A DNA stretch of 64,000 bases, from NCBI GenBank assembly GCA_951406725.2, contig OX597824.1, forward strand, positions 58,032,001-58,096,000, in the 5' to 3' direction. The translations under genes and the position numbers were made by a program. This DNA is from Octopus vulgaris (Eukaryota). Below, in pieces: positions 1-11,955 of the stretch; position 1 is the first letter of the stretch, and each line of letters begins with the position of its first letter. The notes beneath the pieces were generated by a model that worked only from the letters and a program-made list of their open reading frames with translations, was not told where the DNA came from and did no database searches.

Positions 1-226
1 TTTACAGAATTTACTGGATATAATTCATGATGACTTCAGCACTAGTAAGGTTGCTTTATGTCCGGGAGACAAAGACATTATACTCTACAAAAAATGAAAG
101 AAAAATAGGAAAATAACGGAGTGAGTGATAGTCCAATCCCATTCTATTGGTCACTATGCGGGGTTAGGATTCTTTCTTTCTTTCTCTTTCTCTCCGTAAA
201 CGTGTATATATATATATGTATGTATG

Positions 227-260
<34 letters not shown>

Positions 261-786
261 TGTATGTATGTATGTATGTATGTATGTATATTTCTGTTAG
301 TGACTCAAAGAATGTTGCGTATCTAAAGTGGTATGGCATCAGTAGCGTCTCTGAAATATAGAGTGACAGACTATTAAATTACTTCCAGTTCTCAATTCTG
401 ATCAAAAGAATGGTAAATAGACACCAAGTAGTGCGTCTATTCCATTACCATTAAATGTTCCAGTAGATATATCTCTGTATTCCTGCTGGAAGGGCTAAAG
501 GAAGTAGAAGTCCTTAAATTTATTTTGACAGACACACTATGTTTGTGTGTGTGTCTCTAGACACATACGCACATGCATTCATATATAAATATATGTGTGT
601 ACTGTGTATGCATGCGCATGGTATATATATACATATATATGATATTGTATATGTATATATATGTATATGCGTGTATATATATCTTGCATATATAACATAC
701 AGTATATATATATATACAATATATAATATATATATGTATATATATATATATATATGCACACACACATACACACATATATATATAAT

Positions 787-1036
787 TCAGTTAGAGGTTA
801 TGTTAGCTTCATGAAGGGATGCATTCTACTGCGATGAATCTAACAAACAAACATACAAAATATCTAAGGGTATATTTTTTTCCCTCTGAAGAGATTATGC
901 TCAAAAATATGAACTTAATATTTAATTAACTTCACTGAGTATAATTGAAACAGGTGTAAGGGATGATGATCGATTTGTTATTGATAATAAACTCTTGTTA
1001 ACTTCACAATCTACATTTCTGTATTCTTCTTCCTTT
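787..1036 (+). mobile_element. Short HHR-bearing element (Penelope pLTR / retrozyme-like) embedded in TA-rich microsatellite
   Basis: About 250 bp of complex sequence between TA-rich tracts, containing the 881-963 hammerhead followed by AATAAA near 986. Confidence 0.55.
881..963 (+). ncRNA. Type I hammerhead ribozyme with canonical core
   Basis: Stem I TCCCT(881-885)/AGGGA(959-963); core CTGAAGA(886-892); 11-bp stem II GATTATGCTCA(893-903)/TGAGTATAATT(936-946); GAAA(947-950); short stem III AC-AGGT-GT; cleavage triplet GTA, predicted cut after 958. Confidence 0.85.
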
Positions 1037-1237
1037 ATATACATATATATATATAGTTTGATTTGAGAACATAATCTTTTGTGGAGAATGGCGATTTGAC
1101 GTCTATATCTAGCATGTTGACTGTCCACTTTTTCGTGTTCAGTCCTTAATTGGTATATATAAATATTTAATCTTCGGATTCTTTTTTAATATGCTAGACC
1201 ACTGGTTTTAATTGATAAATATTGATTTCTACCCTTA

Positions 1238-1244
<7 letters not shown>

Positions 1245-1277
<33 letters not shown>

Positions 1278-1695
1278 CATATGTATGTATGTCTATATAT
1301 ATGTATGTGTCTGTGTATGCGTGTACGTAAATATATATTTATGCAGGTATGTATATATGTATATATGTATGTATATATATATGTATATACATATATATAT
1401 ATATATGTATATACATATATATATACATATATATATATATGTATATACATATATATACATACATATATATATATATGTATATACATACATGCATATATAT
1501 ATACATATATATATGTATATACTTATATATAAAAATATGTATGTATATACATACATGTATACTTACTTGCTTCTCTGCATACATACATATTTATATACAT
1601 ATTTACGTACACGCATAGACAGGCATATACATAATACGTGCATATATATATATATACATATATGGATACTTGCATACATACATATATATATATAG

Positions 1696-1746
<51 letters not shown>

Positions 1747-1866
1747 TAGATGGATAGATAGACAGACAGATGCATGCATACATACATACATAAATACATA
1801 CATACATACATACATACATACATACATACATACATACATACATACATACATACATACATACATACG
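1245..1866. repeat. Compound microsatellite (TA, TATG, GATA, GA, CATA)
   Basis: Directly visible simple repeats; source of many spurious ORFs. Confidence 0.95.
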
Positions 1867-2038
1867 TACGGCACATGATATCGACAGAAGCATTTCTTAG
1901 AATGTTGGCAGGTGCTATATTCAGTCGAAAATCTGGCATAAAGGCCTACGCAGATTCCTTACCTACATTATCTTAGGTCTATAGGCTAGTTCTAAGGAGT
2001 AAACCATGTGATTATATTCAGGTGTGAAGTCTTCACAC

Positions 2039-2103
2039 TTCACTGTTCTTCACAATTGTAATGTATTTCTTCACTGTTCTTCACAATTGTAATGTATTTC
2101 TTC
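2039..2103 (+). repeat. Tandem duplication of a ~31-bp unit
   Basis: TTCACTGTTCTTCACAATTGTAATGTATTTC occurs twice in a row. Confidence 0.9.
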
Positions 2104-2489
2104 CTGATAATTTCTGCAACAAACATGGTAGTGTTGGTGCAATCCGTGTCAATCTATATTGCCAATTTCTTTCTTGGAACTTCAGAAGTATCTTTGAGTG
2201 AGGTAACACCGCATGGGCCTCTCTTGATTAAGGTAGTTTCCCTGGTAACGTATTACTCCATACGTTGTGCTTAAACAATAATGTTTACTGGTGGGATGGC
2301 TTTCATCGTAGCTCTTACAGATCAGGCTGACCTGACGGTTGACAAGAACAATATCAATAAAAAGAAATCGTAGTAACTACATGATTATAATTATTATATT
2401 ACTTAATTTTTTTTGCAGCAAGTTATGTATATGCTTGCAATCCGAAATGATAATGCATAGTGTTTATGGTATACCTAATGCCCACGAGG

Positions 2490-3029
2490 TCATCTTTGCC
2501 TCTCATCTTTTCTGTGTCGATGAAATAAGTAGCAGTCAATTGCTGGGGTCGATGTAATTGTCTAGTGTTTTATCCAAAAACTTCAGGCCTTGCGTCTATA
2601 ATAGAAAGAATTATTTGTTTTATTATTAAGGCAGTGAACTGGTCGAATCATTAACACACGGGGCAAAATGCTTAGCACTATTTCGTCCGTCCTCATGTTC
2701 TGATTTCAAAATCCGCCGAGGTCGACTTCGCCTTTCATCCTTTCGAGTCGTTAAAGTACCAGTTAAATACTAGGGTGGTGTAATCGACTATCCCCTTCCA
2801 CAACTATTTCTGACCTTGTGCTTATAGCAGAAAGTGTTAGAAAGGGGTTTTATTAAATTGTTTGGCAGCATTTCGTCCGTGTTTGCGTTGAGTTCAATTT
2901 CCGCTGAGGTTGACTTTGCCTCTCATCATTTCTGGGTGGATAAAATTATGCACCAGTTGAACTCTGGGGTTAATGTAATCGATTTACCCCCTCTCCTGAA
3001 TTTATTGTCGTTGTGCCAACAATTGAAAC

Positions 3030-3030
<1 letters not shown>
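2490..3030 (+). mobile_element. Three SINE family B copies (tRNA-like head, Nin-domain-like core, ATT tail)
   Basis: Repeated AAGGC..GAGCTGGCAGAA..GAGGTCGACTTTGCCTTTCATCCTTTCGGGGTCGATAAA..AGTACCAGT..CTGGGGTCGATGTAATCGAC motif at about 2490-2610, 2628-2835 and 2865-3030. Confidence 0.75.
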
Positions 3031-3095
<65 letters not shown>

Positions 3096-3097
<2 letters not shown>

Positions 3098-5016
3098 GTT
3101 TGACTTTTGATTTACATTTGTACAAGTTGGCTGAAGGTCTCACCCAGAAACCTCAAGAAATAATGTAATGCCTAGGGTGCCATATATTTGGTTTTGTACT
3201 TAGTGTTGTACTAGTGAATGTCTAAAAAAAACATAAGAAAATTATGTTTGTTTTAAAACTTGAGATTACATAGAAAGTATTTTGCGTAGGATATGAGCAG
3301 TTCCCATGAGCACTATCTTTTGAATTTCTGCCATTTTGGGGTTTCCTGGTATCTGAGTTAGGTAGCAATCAGCCCCTTTTGCTATCATTCCCAGAGCACC
3401 TATGACAACAGGTATTGTTTTAGTTTTCAGGTTCCACATTTTGCTGATTTCTATTTCAAGATCTTTATATTTGCTCAGTTTTTGGTAGGTCTTGACAGAT
3501 ACGTTTATATCGATTGGGACAGTCATATCAATGAGGAGGTAAGTTTTTTGTCTGAAGGCTTTCAATATGATATCTGGCCTATTTGCATCTATCTTTCTGT
3601 CAGTTTGAATGGTGAAGTTCCGGAGGAGTGAGATGTGGTCATTTTCAAGCACTGGATATGGTTTGTGTTCCCACCAGTTTTTATCATAGAGCAAGCCCAG
3701 GCTTTTGCAAATTACCCAGTGAATATATTGTGCAGCTCTATCATGCCTGTTGAGATACTCTGTAGGCGCAAGAAGACTGCATTTGGAGACAACATGATCA
3801 ATGGTTTCATTTTGTTGTTGACATATACGACATGTTGGGCTACTGCCGTTCTTTAATATGTTGGCCTTGTAGTTCCTTGCAGGTAGGCATTGATCTTGAG
3901 CTGCTATGATAAACCCTTCTGTTTCAGATTTTAAGCCAGAGGCCATTAGCCATTGATGGATCAGGGCTTTGTCAACATCTGCATTATTAGCTCTCTTTGG
4001 GTATTTGCCATTGAGAGGTTTTTCTTGCCATTTATCAATCAGAATATCTGAGGCAGCAGTTTTAGCACGGGTTTTCATGCGCTTAGCTTTTATGTTTAAT
4101 TCTTGTATGTTTAATTCCGAAATTTGTTGTATTCGGAATTCACTTAGATATGCCTTTGCCTGTTTTGTTACTGAGTATGATGCTTTCTTGTTTTCATGTT
4201 TTGAGACAAGTTTTAACATCCAGTCCTCAGAGTTTTTCAGGTAGGTATCTAGGCCAATTGTAGCAATCTTCATTGTTATTGCCAGTTGTAAAAGTCCGCG
4301 GCCTCCCTCTTTTCTTGGCAGATAAAATCATTCTACATCTGCCTTAGGGTGGTGCATTGTATGCATTGTCAACAGTTTTCGTATTTTTCTGTCAAGATTA
4401 CATATTCCAGTAATTGACCAGTTAACGATATTGAAACTGTAAGTCACGACTGGTATGTCTAAAGCATTGATCGCTTCGATCCTGTTTCTCGCATTCAGCT
4501 CTTTCTTGAGTATTGCTCTTACTCTGCGATAACATTCTCTCCTGATCCTTTCCTTCATCACTGAATGCCTTATTCCGTCCCATTCAATTACCCCTAGGTA
4601 CTTGTAGTTCTCCGCTGGGTCTAACTCTTTTATGACATTCTGCTGGTCAAGGTTAACGTTAGATGTTTCAGTCATTTTTCCTTTGATAAAGGTAGTTTGC
4701 ACATCTATCGAGGCCAAATTGCATCCTGATGCCGTCACTGAATTGTTCAACAATCGCTAGTAAAACTTAAGGCAGTTGGTCATTTTTGCAAAGAGCTTTA
4801 TATCATCCATGAAAATGAGATGATTTGTATTTTTATCAAACATTTTATATCCGTACTGCGCGTCATTGAGCAATTTTGAGAGAGGTATAAAGGCTAAACA
4901 TAAGAGGAGTGGTGATAGTGAGTCACCCTGGAAAATGCCACATGAAATTTTTACATCACTAGCATTTAGAGATTCATTGTCACAGTTCAAAGTTAGTGTG
5001 GTTCTCCACGATCTTA
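3096..5016 (-). mobile_element. 5'-truncated R4/Dong-clade non-LTR retrotransposon (RT, CCHC knuckle, restriction-like endonuclease), frameshifted
   Basis: ORFs 4757-4990 (GIFQGDSLSPLL, FMDDIKL), 4328-4753 (YKYLG, LDRKIRKLL) and 3266-4273 (IAAQDQ, CRIC..ETIDHVVSKC, RHD, RPDII, LIDMTVP, KLSKYKDL). About 170 bp 3' UTR runs into (TAA)n; (TAA)n on both flanks. Confidence 0.93.
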
Positions 5017-5061
5017 TATTATTATTATTATTATTATTGTTGTTGTTGTTGTTATTATTAT

Positions 5062-5515
5062 TGAGTGAGAGAGCAGTTCATGCCAACAAAGTGACACTGG
5101 GGTGAAATATACGAAGCCCAATATGCCCATCATGACTACCCGTCTGATAAGGGTACACCAGGCACATGCATCACAACCATATGTGCGCAACATGGTGATC
5201 TCATACCAAGATAAACAGTACATGACCTTGCAGGTGGGGCCCAGTTAGAATTTTCTTCAGGTTGAGTAGCCCATCCCGCTCAAAAGGTCCCTGAATAGGG
5301 GCTGTTTAAGGATGTTGAAAGAACCACCCATGTTTCCAGAGGTGAATTATTCAAACCCCAAAGAGTCCCTCTCAACACATGGCTATGATGCTCCCCCCAC
5401 TACTTCTGCTCGTGATCAGAGATGCACATATCGTCAGCCACTAAGGGACATGCTCAACTGGTTAAGGTCAAACAACTGACAAGCAAATCTGTGGTATTGA
5501 GCAGAATATTTGCTG
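5062..5515 (-). mobile_element. Unclassified ~450-bp non-coding insert bounded by (TAA)n
   Basis: Complex, GC-richer insert with sharp edges in ATT/GTT repeats; minus strand ends CTCTCTCACTC-(AAT)n, like an RLE-LINE 3' end. Confidence 0.5.
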
Positions 5516-5521
5516 TTATTA

Positions 5522-5570
<49 letters not shown>

Positions 5571-5572
<2 letters not shown>

Positions 5573-5791
5573 GGCAGCGAGCTGGCAGAATCGTTAGCGC
5601 GCCCGGCAAAACGCTTAGCAGTATTTCGCTCATCGCTATGTTCTGAATTCAAATTCCTCCTAGGTCGACTTTCATCTTTCGTGGTTGATAAATAAAAGTA
5701 ACACTGGGATCGATGTAATCGACAAGTGCCTTTCGCACAAATCTGAGGCTTTGTGCCTCCAGTAGAAAGGATTATTATTATTATTATTATT

Positions 5792-5830
<39 letters not shown>

Positions 5831-5950
5831 ATTATTATTATTATGTTTTGAGTTCAAATTCGCCGAGGTCGACTTTGCCTTTAATCCTTTCGGGATCGAT
5901 AAAATAAGTACCAGTTTAGGACTAACCTCTCTCTCAAAATTGTGCAAAGG
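5571..5950 (+). mobile_element. SINE family B copies
   Basis: AAGGCAGCGAGCTGGCAGAATCGTTAGC head at 5571; second partial copy at 5844-5950; ATT tails. Confidence 0.8.
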
Positions 5951-6425
5951 ATTATTGTTGTTGTTGTTTTCATGGTGATGTTCATGGTAGTGATGGTTAT
6001 GATAATAATGATAGTGGTGGAAGTGATGTTGGTGGTGGCTGTTTCACTTAGTAGGAGCAGTTATTGAGAGAAACAACAAATATACAGCATAAAAGTAGAA
6101 GTAATGGCGTGATGATGGCGGAGGTGATTGTGTTAGTGGTGATGGTGTGTGTGTTTGAGAGAGAGTGTGTGTGCGACAAGTGGAGGTGGTAGCGGTGGTG
6201 ACTGTGGTTGAAGGGAAAATGTATTTCCAATGTTGTTGTTGTTTGTGTTGTTGCTCGTGCAGTAGTAGTTGGTGGTGGTGTTGCTATTGTTTATTTGTAT
6301 ATAAATCAGTTTTCGTGGAAGTCACCGTTCCGTTCTGTCGTCCGACTGGTAAAGGGAGGAGCATACCGTAACCTCGGTGTCTACCACTGGCACCAACAGC
6401 GTTCAGCCGGAGAGGGGGTGGGAGG

Positions 6426-6462
<37 letters not shown>

Positions 6463-7030
6463 ATCAGGGTGGAGTGAGGCAGGGTAGTAATGGTAATGAC
6501 CAGTAGAGGATGCGGGTGGTGGTGATGGGGAGTGGTGAGGGCAGTGGAAGGTACAGATAGTGATGGTGGTGGTGCTGATAGTGGCAGTGATGGGTAGTGT
6601 ATGGTACTGCGCTGGGCGGTGGTGACGATGGGTACAAAATGGCAGTAATGGTGGTGGTGATGGTGACAGTGATAATGGGTACAGAGTGTTACGGGTGGTG
6701 GTGATGGTAGAGGCATTGGTGGTATGATGGTGCTTGTGATGTGCACGAAATGGTAGTTGTGGTCGTGATGGGAACAGGATAACATTAGGGGTGGTGGTCG
6801 TCGTTGCAGTCGTGATGAGTGCAGGGCAGTGGCGATAGCTAAAAATGGGTAACGGTGTCAACGGGCACAAGGTGGTGGTGGTGGTGGTGGTGGTATGGTG
6901 ATGATAGAGATGTTGATGATGGTTTTGAAGGGTGTCTAGTGGTGATGATTGAAGGTGAATGCTGAAACTGCTACTTACTGGTCGTTGGTGGTCAATGACA
7001 TTGGTTGTAACGGTCATTGTGGTCAAACTG
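5950..7030. repeat. Degenerate GGT/GAT trinucleotide low-complexity region
   Basis: Cryptic GGT/GAT/GTT repeats plus (CA)n. Confidence 0.8.
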
Positions 7031-7566
7031 GATCAAGAAGAGATATGCTTAAGAGTGATCCAACTTTGACCATCCCGCCTGTGATGGTGGTGGCGGTGAC
7101 TGCTTTTTTAAAACCCCGATCAGCTCTGGTCAAGCAGATCTACAATGAAAGACCAAACGATAGTGACATACTTTTTGTCTTGTATATCCAGGATTAGATG
7201 GTCTAAAGAATGTTTTTCGTCTTTAAAGACAATAGACTATTAATTTGTGGGAGATTTGGCACTTATTTCTAGCGGGTGTGAGGCTCACTTATTAGATCAA
7301 TTTCTGAAGAATTATAAGTATTAAATGTCTCGGAGGCACTTCATGTAATCAGTAACTTCTCCAAATTCATATAAACGCGATCTTTGTTCATAGTTGTTTG
7401 AGCAAAGCTAACCAAAGAAATGTGGTTCTGTATGTACTAAGTACGAATACAGGTTTGAAAACGATGTTGCCAACTGTGGGACGCAACTAAGCACAAAGAC
7501 AGAGGATACATCAACTCAGCTGCAGCTGCTGCTACAGCTGCCACTACTACTGCTGCTGCTGCTGTA

Positions 7567-7610
<44 letters not shown>

Positions 7611-7611
7611 A

Positions 7612-7656
<45 letters not shown>

Positions 7657-7657
<1 letters not shown>

Positions 7658-8055
7658 TTTTCAAATTTTGGCACAAGGCCAGCAATTTTGTGGAGGGCGG
7701 AGATGTCGATTATATCGACCCCAGTGCTCAACTGGTACTTATTTTATTGACCCGTAAAGATAAGAGGCAAAGTCGACCTTGGCAGAATTTGAACCCAGAA
7801 CGTAATGTCGGACGAAATGCCGCTAAGCGTTTCGTCCAGGGTGCTAACGTTTCTTCTAGCTTGCAGCCTTTTTAATAATAATAATAATAATAATGATAAT
7901 AATAATAATAATCCTTTCTACTATAGGCACAAGGTCTGAATTTTGGAGGGAGAGGCTAGTCGATTACATCGACCACAGTGCTCAACTGGTACTTATTTTA
8001 TCGACCACGAAAAGATAAAAGGCAAAGTCGACCTCGGCGGAATTTTAACTCAAAA
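7657..8055 (-). mobile_element. Two SINE family B copies next to (AAT)n tracts
   Basis: Reverse-complement family B core at 7657-7873 and 7913-8055. Confidence 0.8.
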
Positions 8056-8742
8056 AGTAATTTAATTATTATTTCCCCCATTTACCATGTCAATCATGAT
8101 AGAATAGGTCTAGAGCAGTTGCTATTCAACGTGACTTCATTTTAGATTCAATAGGCTAAATAAAGAGTAAATTTGACTATTATTTCTAGCAGAAACAGGA
8201 ACTCTGCAGAAGTTAGAGCTAATCCAGTCCTTTAGCAGTCTTTCGGTTTCTGTAATTCCAGTAAGACGAATAAGGAGTAAATTTACTTACTATTTCTAGC
8301 ATGTGGAAGGATCCCATAGAGGTTAGAATTAATTCATGCCTTTACCATTCCTTCTCCAGGTTTCTATAGTTCCAAAGCATATGTTACTCTCGTCATCTCA
8401 CATTAAACCAACACTGCTGCTTCAACTGCCAGTCAACGGTTTCAAACAACCAATACAACAACAATTACTAAAAAAAAACATAGTAAAAGCCAAATAGATA
8501 TACAAAAATATATACCAAAAATGAGTGTTCTTAAGACAGGACCCTGCTAAAAAAATGCCTGTCAAAAATGATGGTTTTCTCAAATGTCTTTTGAGAAATC
8601 CTAAATTTCCACCGTTACTACCACTACCACTATCCCCCCACTACCAGCATCACCACCGTCACTGAAACCACTACCGCTGCCACCACCACCACCACCATCA
8701 TCATCACCATCACCAATCTCTCCAAGTGATTTTGTATTGAAC

Positions 8743-8912
8743 GGTTGTTAAACCCCAGGTCATCACAGGCGAGGAAACCTATCATTAAAGGTACTCCAGC
8801 AATGACCATCCTGTCTTTTGGGGGATACCTAATTTCTCCTTTTTCAAATACAGTTGAGTTAAGGGAGATTTGGTTGTTATTGCTAGCAAAGTGAGTGACC
8901 ACGTAGAGGCTT
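8743..8912. mobile_element. Dispersed repeat family D (GGAGATTTGG..TATT.CTAGCA); related copies near 7100-7290, 22380-22568, 26345-26490, 55680-55775, 59150-59330
   Basis: Shared motifs such as GTTGTT.AACCCCAGG, GACCATCCTGTC and GGAGATTTGG..CTAGC recur in both orientations. Confidence 0.55.
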
Positions 8913-10064
8913 GCTGTTTTCATTGTTTCATTGTTTTGTTTGATTTCGTAGTTAATTTTTTGCTCAGTCACAGTAATTAAAGGGCTGGAAATGTTACTGA
9001 TGCTTAACACTAGGCTAGCCTTGATTGAAAATGTCTCTGATCAAAAGTGTTCTTTCCATAACCATCCCATTTGAATTTCCTGACATAGTAACTACGTGGA
9101 ATTACATTGTACAATATAAGCCTTTCCTTGAAGGTTTCTGTACAGTGAAATGAGAAAGATTTTGTTATCGTTTCTAGCAGATTGAGTGACCCCACTAAAG
9201 GCTTCCTTGTTGACAGTGAATAAGGAGAGAATATACGGGCATATAGGGGGTGTAGGGTGATGGAGAGAAGCTTGGGTAGTAGAAACAGTTAGGCACCCAC
9301 CTATACAAACATGTCGAACCTCATTAAGTGTGATGATTTGACATCGGTCGTTGCTCCTGGTCCGTTCAGGGTGGCTGGTTACATCTTCCTACTCATCTCA
9401 AACACCGCCTCCTCAGTCTTGTTCAACCTCCTCCTCTGCCTACCCAAACCCATACCCAAGTCCTGGTGAGTATCAAGAACTCGCTGACCAATTCCATCGC
9501 TATATGTTTTTCTTTTCTTTTCTTAATGCCAATTTGTCTAAGCGAAGAAAAACAAATAGGATTGAATTTTTTTATAGTTTTTTAATTTTGGATAAATAAA
9601 TACAAATCTCCCTCCCCTCTTTCTCTCAGTGTACTGTGTGCGTGTGTGTGTGTGTGCGCGCGCACGTACTTGTGCGTGTATATATTTATATGTGTATATA
9701 TGTATGTATGCATAAAAATATATATGGATGTGTACATCTATGTCGGATATTTTTACTACATATAAACGAAGAGTGTGTGTGTGTGTGTGTGTTCAGACCC
9801 TTCCGAGGCCAGCATTTCTTTTCATCAGTTCTGAGTCAATAAATAAAAGACCAATTCCAGTATGGTGGAAAAGACGTAATTGTCAGAGCGTGCGTGAGAG
9901 AGTAGATTGCTTTTCCGGCTCTCTGCGTTCTAATAACAAAGTCCGTAATACTGCCTGGTGCCAAGCCGAATCGATTCTCGACTTTTCCCGAAGCAACATC
10001 GTGACCGTTAAGCGAGGTGATCGACAAGTGCTTGCGGTGGACACTGTGGACATACACATCTAGA

Positions 10065-10487
10065 TTTATGGTAAGAAATTTGTGAACAACCACATTAGTC
10101 TTAGTTCAGTCCCTCTGCGTCGCACATTCGACGTCTCTTCCACTATAACCCCGGGTCGACCAAGGCCTTGTGAGTGGATTTGGTTGGCAAAAACACGGAA
10201 ACTAAAAGAAGCCCATCATCTCTCTCTCTCTCATTCTCTCTTTCTATCTCCCCCCTCTCTCTCTCTCTCTCTCTCTCTGGCTAGCCTATATATATATATA
10301 TGTATATCCCTTTATTCTTTTACTTGTTTCAGTCATTTGACCGCGGCTGTACTCGAGCACGGCCTCTTTTGTCGAGCAAATCCACCTAGGACTTATTCTT
10401 TGTAGGCCAAGTACTTATTCTATCGGTTTATTTACCGAATCGCTAAGTTACGGGGAAGTAAACATACCAGCATCGATTGTCAAGCAA
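10065..10487. mobile_element. SINE family A fragments (head on +, tail on -)
   Basis: CCTTGTGAGTGGATTTGG..GGAAACT.AAAGAAGCCC head and TTTTACTTGTTTCAGTCATTTGAC tail match the full copy at 61161-61557. Confidence 0.75.
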
Positions 10488-10509
10488 TTTCTTTTACATG
10501 ATCTTTAGC

Positions 10510-10593
10510 GACGAATTTGATCATCATTGTGATATGACTCTGAAGGAAGTAATTGCAACAAATTCTCCAAAGCGAGTCAGAGATCTGTTTGCA
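10510..10593 (+). pseudogene. Helitron RepHel fragment
   Basis: Translates to DEFDHHCDMTLKEVIATNSPKRVRDLFA, resembling the Helitron motif DDxHWxxTLxEA..SPxxLRxLFA. Confidence 0.5.
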
Positions 10594-10824
10594 GATCTTC
10601 CCATTCGGGGTTAGTTGCTTAAAAGCTACATACTAGATTAAAAGCAAGTCCTCAATTCGTATGCTACAAATGATCACGATAGTTGGAACTATAAAAATCT
10701 GCAATCCTTTCTTAAGATTTAAAGGATGATTGTTTAAACAAGATACTTACCTTCACGACCTTGCTACTAACTAGGTGGCCCATGAAAAATTACTCCAAAT
10801 AAAAAAGATGAAGAGAAGAACGAA

Positions 10825-11002
10825 CATATATACATACATACATACATACATACATGCATACATACATACATACATACATACATACATACATACATACATA
10901 CATACATACATACATACATACATACATACATACATACATACATACATACATACATACATACATACATACATACATACATACATACATACATACATACATA
11001 CA
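10825..11002. repeat. (CATA)n microsatellite
   Basis: Long near-perfect tetranucleotide tract. Confidence 0.97.
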
Positions 11003-11117
11003 TGTGGTCAACAGATGAGATCCAGAGATTTTCGGTATAGAAAACACTTAATAGCGCTCAAATGATTCGAACTTAGACACCGATGTTTTTAAGAGGACCA
11101 AATTCCGCGGGGTTAAG

Positions 11118-11484
11118 AGTGGCTACAAGAGGAACCAAGGTGAGCGGGTGTGGAGGCGATTATGCGGATAAACGAATTAAATATAACAACTTGGGTTTGA
11201 TATACAATATATATATATATATATATATATTATGTATCAAACCCAAGCTATTATATTTAATTTGTTTATCTGCATAATGGCCTCCACATCCGCTCACCTT
11301 GATAGATCGGTAGCCACTACATACATGTTTTTGTCTCCTTGTTTCTTTCTGTGTTCCTTTCTTCTTTGGAAGAGCGTAGGCTCTAAATGTTAAAGACTTT
11401 TTCAATTCCTGAGCCTTATACTAATACATCTGTTTGTTTTCTACACCACTTGTCTTCGTCTTTTGTCTTTTCGTGAATTCTCCC
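11118..11484 (+). mobile_element. Fold-back around (TA)n joined to a pLTR-like element with a degenerate HHR (11359-11397)
   Basis: 11136-11207 is the inverted copy of 11230-11301 across a TA spacer. Downstream CTTTGGA-A-GAGC-GTAG-GCTC-TAAATGTT-AAAGA matches the 13788-13825 motif. Confidence 0.7.
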
Positions 11485-11516
11485 TATATATATATATATA
11501 TGCAAACAGAAAGAAA

Positions 11517-11955
11517 GCAAAGACTGAAAATTTGCAGACGATGAATATTTAAGTATAAATATATAGATATTTATATATCGATAGGTGAAACTATCACACA
11601 GTACAAAACGATAGAGAAAATTAAAGGGGAAGACGTACGGTGGTATAAGTCGATCAACTGTTTCTGGAGGCTCGGGGATCCACCATAATATTAGTAGATG
11701 TAGATCATCAAAATATGTACCCCTTAATGAAAGCAAATAATCATTGCATATATCGAGCCTCTGTCATCAGCGTAGAAAAAAATCTTATCTTTCATGATGC
11801 AGAGAATTTTAAAGATGCAATCTTATAACACCTTGCTTTTCCATCTTTGATTTTCTCTGTCATTTTGTACTCTGTGTAAGTTTGATCTATTAATATATAA
11901 ATATCTACATATTTATACTTAGATATTCATCGTCTGAAAAATCTTTAGTCTTTCG
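11517..11955. mobile_element. Fold-back element with ~115-bp imperfect inverted repeats next to (TA)n
   Basis: AAAGACT..CAGACGATGAATAT..CACAGTACAAAA..GAGAAAAT (11517-11632) versus its reverse complement at 11838-11955. Confidence 0.7.

Noticed and set aside
154-1939. Numerous ORFs rich in YI/HT/CV/MYVC here and throughout the window
   Set aside because: Translations of TA, CA and TATG microsatellites, which lack stop codons; no coding evidence.
6381-7026. His/Thr-rich ORFs up to 207 aa
   Set aside because: Degenerate GGT/GAT trinucleotide sequence with no recognisable domain.
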